Under the pieces are notes generated by a model. It ran no database searches, was not told the DNA's origin, and saw nothing but the letters and a program-made list of their open reading frames with translations. A DNA stretch of 64,000 nucleotides from Lama glama (taxonomy: Eukaryota). The stretch is taken from the NCBI GenBank assembly GCA_028534125.1, contig CM052826.1, positions 16,058,001-16,122,000 of the forward strand, written 5' to 3'. Of this stretch, positions 58,040 to 64,000 are shown piece by piece. A program made the translations under genes and the position numbers. The number at the start of each line of letters is the position of its first letter. Within the stretch, counting starts at the first letter, position 1.

Positions 58040-59640
58040 AGTTACCCTACCGAACTTCTCGCCCGCCCCAGCTCCGCTTCCTCTTTCGCCCAGAGCCCCA
58101 AGGGTGACTCAACCAGCCCTGTTCTCCGTCGCCGGAGCCGAGCCTGCCCTCTAGCAGTCAGTCTTCCTGCCTTCATTGGTCGCCACCGGCGGAGCCCCGG
58201 CCTCAACAACGGTGGATTGGCTTCTGAGCGGGACCTGTCGCCGGCAAGTCAATGACCGCCGCTGTCCAATCAAATCTGTGCGGGGGCAGGTCGACGAGTC
58301 CGCTGGACCAACTGGAGGCCAGCACCGGGTGGAGGCGGCTGGACTACCGTTGGAGTCAGGGCTTGATGAAGGTGCTGCTAGATCTCTCGGAGCCAGACGG
58401 AGGGGAGGGTCGCACGCTCCAGGACGGGGAGCTCACGGAGTGGGGATGGTTGAGGCAGCAGTGGTTTCCTGGGCCTCCTTGGGTCGCGGCGACAGCCTAT
58501 GCCTCCCCCTATCCCCAGCCATGGCACTGCCTCGCCCCCTCCTTCCGCTTCCGGACCCGCCTGACCCGCCATATTAGGTTCCGACCCCGCCCCTCCGTCT
58601 CATTGGCCCGTATCCAGGCTGACCCCCATTTCATTGGCCCAGCTCTTGCACCCGAGCCATCCACGCCCAGGCTCGGGTCTTCTCCGCCCAACGTTTGGCC
58701 CCGCCTCTCCTAGGCTCCACCCTCATCCCACCGCCTAAGCCACGCCCCTATCCCTTAAAAATGTTCCTGGGCCAAGTTGGATCCACCTTTCCAGCTGGTA
58801 GGCCGCACCTACGCTGATTTGCCCCGCCCCTGTGCTCCAGGTTCCGCCCATTTCACCCAGGGCGGCCCCTCTCTCCGTTTGCGCAGGACCAGATCTCCCT
58901 CCAGACTTTGGAACCCCCCACCCCAATACGGGGGTCCTACCAGATCCCACCACTTCTTAATCCCCGTCCAACCCCTTCTAGGTCCTGCGCATTGTCCTAG
59001 CCCCTCGCATTCCCTCTCCTCTAGGCTCCTCCCCAGCCACTGGAGCCTAGTCCTCGCAGGCTCCACCCCCGCACCTCCAGCCTTGCTCCCGGTCGCGGTC
59101 CAGCCCAGGTGTTTACCTAGTACATGGGTGAGTCGTTCACAGTGGCAGTTTCGGTCTGAGGCCCCGCCTCTTGTCTCGACGCGTTCCGCAAGCCTCGCCA
59201 GCACCGAAGGGCCCCAGATCAAAGGCGGTGGGCTCCCCGGCCCGGATCCCGCCTCGCAGCAGCTGCCCGCGCCCCCCGCCCGTACTCCAGACGGCAGCGC
59301 GGCCGTTCCGGAACGCGTCGACATGCCCGAGCTGGTGGTGACAGCGCTGCTGGCGCCGTCGCGCCTCACTCTGAAACTGCTTCGCGCTTTCATGTGGAGC
59401 CTCGTGTTCTCCGCGGCTCTGGTGGCCGCAGCCGTCTATGGCTGCATCGCGCTCACGCACGTGCTATGCAGGCCCCGACGCGGCTGCTGCGGGCGTCCCC
59501 GGCGCACCCCACCCGCCTGCTTGAGCGACCCCACGCTGGGCGAGCACTGCTTCTTGACCCTCAAGGTGAGCGCGCGGGGGTGCCATCGGGTTTCAAAGGT
59601 CGAGGAACCTGGGAGGGGGGCCGTGTGGAGCCAGCCCCGG
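58040..59640. promoter_or_regulatory. CpG island / EPHX3 promoter with GC boxes and CCAAT boxes
   Basis: Abrupt rise in GC and CpG density. CCCCGCCCC at 58585 and 58822; ATTGG at 58175, 58216, 58602 and 58633; CCAAT at 58266. Confidence 0.9.
59323..59565 (+). CDS. EPHX3: EPHX3 coding exon 1 (hydrophobic N-terminal membrane anchor)
   Basis: GACATGC start; [23 protein letters not shown] hydrophobic segment; donor CTCAAG|gtgagc. Confidence 0.97.
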
Positions 59641-62345
59641 GTGGCAAATGGTTGAATCCAAATCTGGGCAGGGGGAAAGGGAAGGTGTTCAGGCCTAGGG
59701 AAGAAGGGTTTCCCAGGACTCAGACTGTGCCCTCCCCCAGAGCTCGGGTCTGCGCCTGCACTATGTCTCTGCTGGATGTGGCAATGGGCCCCTCATGCTG
59801 TTTCTACATGGCTTCCCGGAGAACTGGTATGTCAGAATGTTACACAAGGGATGTGGACTGTTACATACCCGAGAACTGATACGTCTGAGGCCAAGGGGTC
59901 TGGACGCAGAAGGCTCGGGGGAGGTGGAGCTCAGATCACCAGAGCACCCAGGAGAAGAGGACAAGGCTGGGTAGACTAGGGATGCAAAGTGTATAGGGCC
60001 CATATAGGGCACTCGCTAACAGGGGTTCTGCGAAGACAAATGAGGACCAGAGGGTCTGAAAGGTTGGGACAAAAAGTATCCATGTTGAGGCTGCCCTGGA
60101 TCCAGGGCACACATGGCCTCACCCTCAGATTGGGGCTCCCCATCCTCCCTTCTGGGAAATCCAAGGCAGAAAGGTGAGGTCACCCAGGGTCTCTGCTAGG
60201 CATAGGGCAGAGGTGCAGCCTGGGGACCCTGACTCAACTTCCCTCCCTGGCCCGCCTGGCAGGTTCTCCTGGCGCTACCAGCTCTGGGAGTTCCAGAGCC
60301 GCTTCCATGTTGTAGCTGTGGACCTGCGGGGATACGGCTCCTCTGATGCACCGAAGGATGTGGACTGTTACACCATTGACCTGCTGATGACAGATATTCA
60401 GGATGTCATTCTGGGCCTGGGTGGGGATGTTCCCCAATCCCAGCACTGGCCTCCCTCATCCCTGCCTCACTTCTACCTAGCATCTCACTTATACTGATTC
60501 TTCTGACCCCTCCCCTAGGTTACCCCAAGTGCATCCTCGTGTCCCATGACTGGGGTGCACTCCTAGCCTGGAACTTCTCCATCTACTACCCATCCCTGGT
60601 GGAGCGGATGGTGGTGGTCAGCGCTGCCCCCATGTCAGTGTACCAAGGTGTGTTGGGGAGTCTGGGATGCTGGGATGTACCTTTATGAAGAGATGTGTGT
60701 GTATGTGTGTGTGCGTGCGCGCGCGCGCGCGTGTCTGACGGCATTTCTCTGTCCGCCAGTCAACACTACATGGACTGGAGGCACAGTGGTGAACCTGGGT
60801 CCCTTCCCACATGATTCTCCTACCCAATCTACCGTCCATGACAATACACCTAGGAGTAACCCACACTTTTTTGAGCACTTACAGGTTACAGTTGCTCTGA
60901 CAAGGAGCCTGCTTGTCACAGTAACCTACACAAGCCTCCTGGGCTCGTGAAAGTGTTATCCCCATGGCCCAGTCAGGAAGTGGAGGCAAGAGAGGTTAAA
61001 TGTCTTTCTTCTGGCAGGGAAGACAGAGATAACTAAAAGCAACTACGATAGCCTGAGATGTCATCACCTGCTTTTAATTCCCAGCATTATAATCATAGTT
61101 GTATGCCCTCTCTCTTCTTGTTTCTTTTGGGGGGGGGAGTGGAATTAGGTTTATTTTTACTTATTTATTTACTTACTTACTTATTTATTAATGGAAGCAC
61201 TGGGGATTGAACCCAGGACCTCATGCATGCTAATCATGCACTCTACTCCTGAGCTATTACCCTCCCCCCCAATAAGCTTTCTTTATGTTGTTTCTTGTGT
61301 GTCTTGGTCTCCAGCTCCCTGAGGGCAAAAGAGTTTTGTCTCTTCCATTCACTGCTGTGTCTCCAGGGTCTAGAACAGGAACTGGTACACCATAGGTGCT
61401 CAATAAATGTTTGCTGAGTGAAGTGGGGGAAATGCATCACAGCCTGGGCAGGGGAAGCACTCCAGTGGCTGTGGGGCTCCCGGGAGCTGTGAGGGGAAGC
61501 ACCCCCATTCTATGGGCACAGTGACCACTTGGCAGAGAAGGAAGCTGGTGCCTGTCCTCACAGGCTCAGGCAGGCGGCAGTGGCATTCATGAGTGTTGGC
61601 ATCTCTGGGTTCCTGGCCTGGGTGTGTGTAGAGCGCCGAGTTATGGGGCCACCCAGGCCCAGGCCTGATGCCTGCCTTCCCCTCCCCCTAGACTACTCTC
61701 TGCGCCACATCGGCCAGTTCTTCCGTTCCAACTATGTGTTCCTGTTCCAGCTTCCTTGGCTGCCCGAGAAGTTGTTGTCCATGTCTGATTTCCAGGTGCA
61801 GTAGGGTGCAGGCCCGGGGATGGGTGGAGGGTTGTGGGTTGTGACTGAAGCCAGAGTCCTGCTGTGTCCCCAGATCCTGAAGACCACCCTCACCCACCGC
61901 AAGAGGGGCATCCCACACTTGACCCCCAATGAGCTCGAGGCCTTCCTCTATGACTTCTCACAGCCCGGTTGCCTCACTGGGCCCCTCAACTACTACCGAA
62001 ACATCTTCAGGTGAGACCAGACCCCAGGCAGAAGCTCTGGAGGGTTGTGGGGCCTAGGGTAGGGTGGAGCGGGGAGCCAGCCATCCTTCTGCCTGTCTGT
62101 CTATCTGTCTTGGTCACAGGAACTTTCCCTTGGAGCCCCAGGAGCTGGCCATGCCCACACTGCTGCTGTGGGGGGAGAAGGACCCATATTTTGAATTGGG
62201 GCTGGTGGAGGCCATCAGCAGCCGTTTTGTGCCCGGCCGGCTGGAGACCCACATCCTGCCAGGTGTGGGGCACTGGATCCCACAGAGCAACCCAAAGGAA
62301 ATGCACCAGTATATGTGGGCCTTCTTGCAAGACCTGCTGGACTAG
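59323..62345 (+). CDS. EPHX3: Epoxide hydrolase 3 (ABHD9), 7 coding exons, 1083 nt, 360 aa, intact
   Basis: Exons of 243+86+158+129+104+137+226 nt join in frame: [15 protein letters not shown]...LQDLLD*. Alpha/beta-hydrolase motifs present: HGFP, DLRGYG, HDWG nucleophile, NYYRN, WGEKD, GHWIPQ. Confidence 0.97.
59741..59826 (+). CDS. EPHX3: EPHX3 coding exon 2 (HGFP oxyanion motif)
   Basis: ccccag|AGCTCG...AACTG|gtatgt; [29 protein letters not shown]. Confidence 0.97.
60263..60420 (+). CDS. EPHX3: EPHX3 coding exon 3
   Basis: ggcag|GTTCTCC...CTGG|gtgggg; [36 protein letters not shown]...ILGL. Confidence 0.97.
60519..60647 (+). CDS. EPHX3: EPHX3 coding exon 4 (catalytic Asp, HDWG)
   Basis: cctag|GTTACCCC...CAAG|gtgtgt; [43 protein letters not shown]. 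Confidence 0.97.
60693..60734. repeat. Compound (TG)n(CG)n alternating purine-pyrimidine tract in EPHX3 intron 4
   Basis: ATGTGTGTGTATGTGTGTGTGCGTGCGCGCGCGCGCGCGTGT, 42 nt without a break in alternation. Confidence 0.95.
61125..61270 (-). mobile_element. Camelid-type tRNA-derived SINE (Vic-1-like)
   Basis: Reverse complement reads GGGGAGGGTAATAGCTCAGGAGTAGAGTGCATGATTAGCATGCATGAGGTCCTGGGTTCAATCCCCAGTGCTTCC (A and B boxes), then a (TAAA)n-like tail and AAACCTAATTCC...CCCC, as in the recalled Vic-1 consensus. Confidence 0.85.
61300..61422 (+). mobile_element. L2 3' end in EPHX3 intron 4
   Basis: CTCCCTGAGGGCA...TTCACTGCTGTGTCTCCAGGGTCTAGAACAG...ATAGGTGCTCAATAAATGTTTGCTGAGTGAA. Confidence 0.8.
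61692..61795 (+). CDS. EPHX3: EPHX3 coding exon 5
   Basis: cctag|ACTAC...TTCCAG|gtgcag; [35 protein letters not shown]. Confidence 0.97.
61874..62010 (+). CDS. EPHX3: EPHX3 coding exon 6
   Basis: cccag|ATCCTG...TTCAG|gtgaga; [10 protein letters not shown]...[11 protein letters not shown]. Confidence 0.97.
62120..62345 (+). CDS. EPHX3: EPHX3 coding exon 7 (acid and catalytic His; stop TAG)
   Basis: cacag|GAACTTT...GACTAG; [21 protein letters not shown]...GVGHWIPQ...LLD*. Confidence 0.97.
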
Positions 62346-62712
62346 TGGCCCTTGCTAACTGGCCTACATGCACCTGGGAGTTTACAGAACGTAGATACAA
62401 GGGTGGACCCCTGATGTCACACAGGTGTGGAACTCCTAAATTGAACACAAGTGCTTCTGTGGGTGCTCTCAGACACCCCACCCCCAGATGCTCATACATG
62501 TGCGTGAGTGCATGCACGGGTGAGCAAGTTCTTTGAGCCTGAAACCAGGTACGCCTCTCTGTGGAGACAGATGCTGAGTGTCCTACCTCTTCTCTTCCCC
62601 TCCACGAGGCCCCACTCTTCTGGCCAAAGTCAGTCCCCAGAGCTGCACAAACCAGAAACTCTGACTTTTCTGTCCCTGGCTTCCACCTCCAGTCTGAGTC
62701 TTCAGCTAAATG

Positions 62713-62877
62713 CTGCTCTGTCCAATACGATGCTTGTAGCCACATCTGGCTACTTCAATTTAAATGCAAATGAGTTAAAATGAAATACAATGGAAAAATC
62801 AATACCTCTGTCACACTAGCCATATTTCAAGGGCTTGATTGCCACATCAGCATAGAAGGTTCTATAGGACAGTGCTG
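62713..62877 (+). mobile_element. MER3 hAT-Charlie MITE (internally deleted) after the EPHX3 stop
   Basis: CTGCTCTGTCCAATA...TAGCCACATCTGGCTA...GTCACACTAGCCATATTTCAAG...TTCTATAGGACAGTGCTG with terminal inverted repeats. Confidence 0.8.
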
Positions 62878-63509
62878 GTGAGGGTATTCCTAGTCTAAGA
62901 AGAGGGGGCGTCCCTGCCGGAGCACCTCACCAAGGGAGGACCGTCATAGGCAGGTAGGTGGATGTCCAGACTCCTCTCCAGCCAGGCCCTGGGCAGCTCC
63001 CATGATCTCCCTCTCGATTATGACTCCAGGCCTTGTAAGGTCAAGTTCTCTCGCCACAGCCTGGGAAAGCTCCCTGGGACCCCTGTCTCAGATCCATGGG
63101 AAAACAGCTCTCGGCCCTGTTAGGATATGTGAGATTCTGGACTCCACACAGGAAGGGACCTGCTCCCTGAATGGCCATCTGGGGTCTGAGGCCTGTCTCT
63201 CTAGTTTCTAGAATCCTCTACTCTAAATTAACCACAGTTTCTGCTCATTCTTTCTGGGGACTCCTCCTTCCAGCCTCTAAATGACAGCCGTACAAGTAGA
63301 GGATGAACCTAGCCCAGACCGGTCACAGCATTAACTTCTATCTCCCAGCCTTTGCCTGGCCTTTGGGAACACTGACTTGCAGCCTCATGATGAATCAGTC
63401 TGGGGACCCAGCGGACCTCAGAAACACATTCTCTTATCTCTGAGATGGGCCTGTCTGGCCAAAGCCTGCCTACTGGTCCCCCGCCTCTGCCCTCCCTTGT
63501 CCCCGACAT

Positions 63510-63900
63510 AAAATCCTTTCACTCATTATATGTGTCAGGAGCTGGGGATAGAGTGTGAACCAGGACACAGCCCCTATTCTGGAGTTAACAGAGAATAGGC
63601 ATAGAGAGCTGTGTGATGGGGCCCAGGAAAGGCTTCTCTGGCTGGGGGACAGAATTTTCACGAGTGGGAGGCAGTAAATAGGAAGGTCAGAGGCTGGACT
63701 AAGATTGGGCTACTGGAGTATCAACATGGAGAAAAGTGGCTGCTAGGATAGAGCAAACGAGGTGTAGCACAGAAGAAGAGGCCACAGCCAGACCGCCAGG
63801 GGCTTCGAAAAGTTTGGATTTGATTCTCAAGGGGAGCCAGGGGAGGGTTTTCAGCAGGGGAGGGACATGGTTTGCATTTTGAGAAGTTCCCTGTGGCGGC
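63510..63900 (-). mobile_element. Degenerate L2 fragment
   Basis: TCACTCATT...TGTGTCAGG.GCTGGGGATAG.GTGTGAAC...GAGGGTTTTCAGCAGGGGAGGGACATG...TTTGCATTTTGAGAAG. Confidence 0.65.
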
Positions 63901-64000
63901 TGAACAGTCCTACGCAAGACTGAGAACTAGGATACAGGCCCAGTGCTGCGTACGGCATCAGAGCTAGACGGTCCCTCGGGCCCGACCCATTCTCACCCCC

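Noticed and set aside
61195-61270. tRNA-like sequence with A and B boxes on the minus strand
   Set aside because: It is the head of a SINE, followed by the SINE tail; it is not a tRNA gene.

Overview
Mammalian genomic DNA, most likely a camelid (one Vic-1-like tRNA-derived SINE at ~61125-61270). The window starts inside BRD4 intron 1. It contains the rest of BRD4 on the + strand: coding exons 2-20, the terminal exon of the short isoform and a long 3' UTR. About 1 kb after the distal BRD4 poly(A) signal come the CpG island and the complete 7-exon, 360-codon EPHX3 gene, also on +. Introns carry mostly old repeats (MIR, L2, L1M, hAT-Charlie MITEs, and a MER2 nested in Charlie4). Ten N-runs hide BRD4 exon 3, parts of exons 9, 14 and 16, exon 20, the short-isoform stop and 3' UTR blocks; their sizes and positions suggest computational masking. 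I see no evidence of a new multi-gene system. The best second-look items are regulatory or isoform-level: a start-stop plus overlapping uORF cassette at the BRD4 start, an in-frame microexon/exitron-like alternative BRD4 C-terminus in intron 11, a disrupted orthologue of the human isoform-B exon, a splice-created N-terminal extension of EPHX3, and a templated exon3/exon2 chimeric copy in EPHX3 intron 2. All comparisons with human sequence are from memory, not from a database search.
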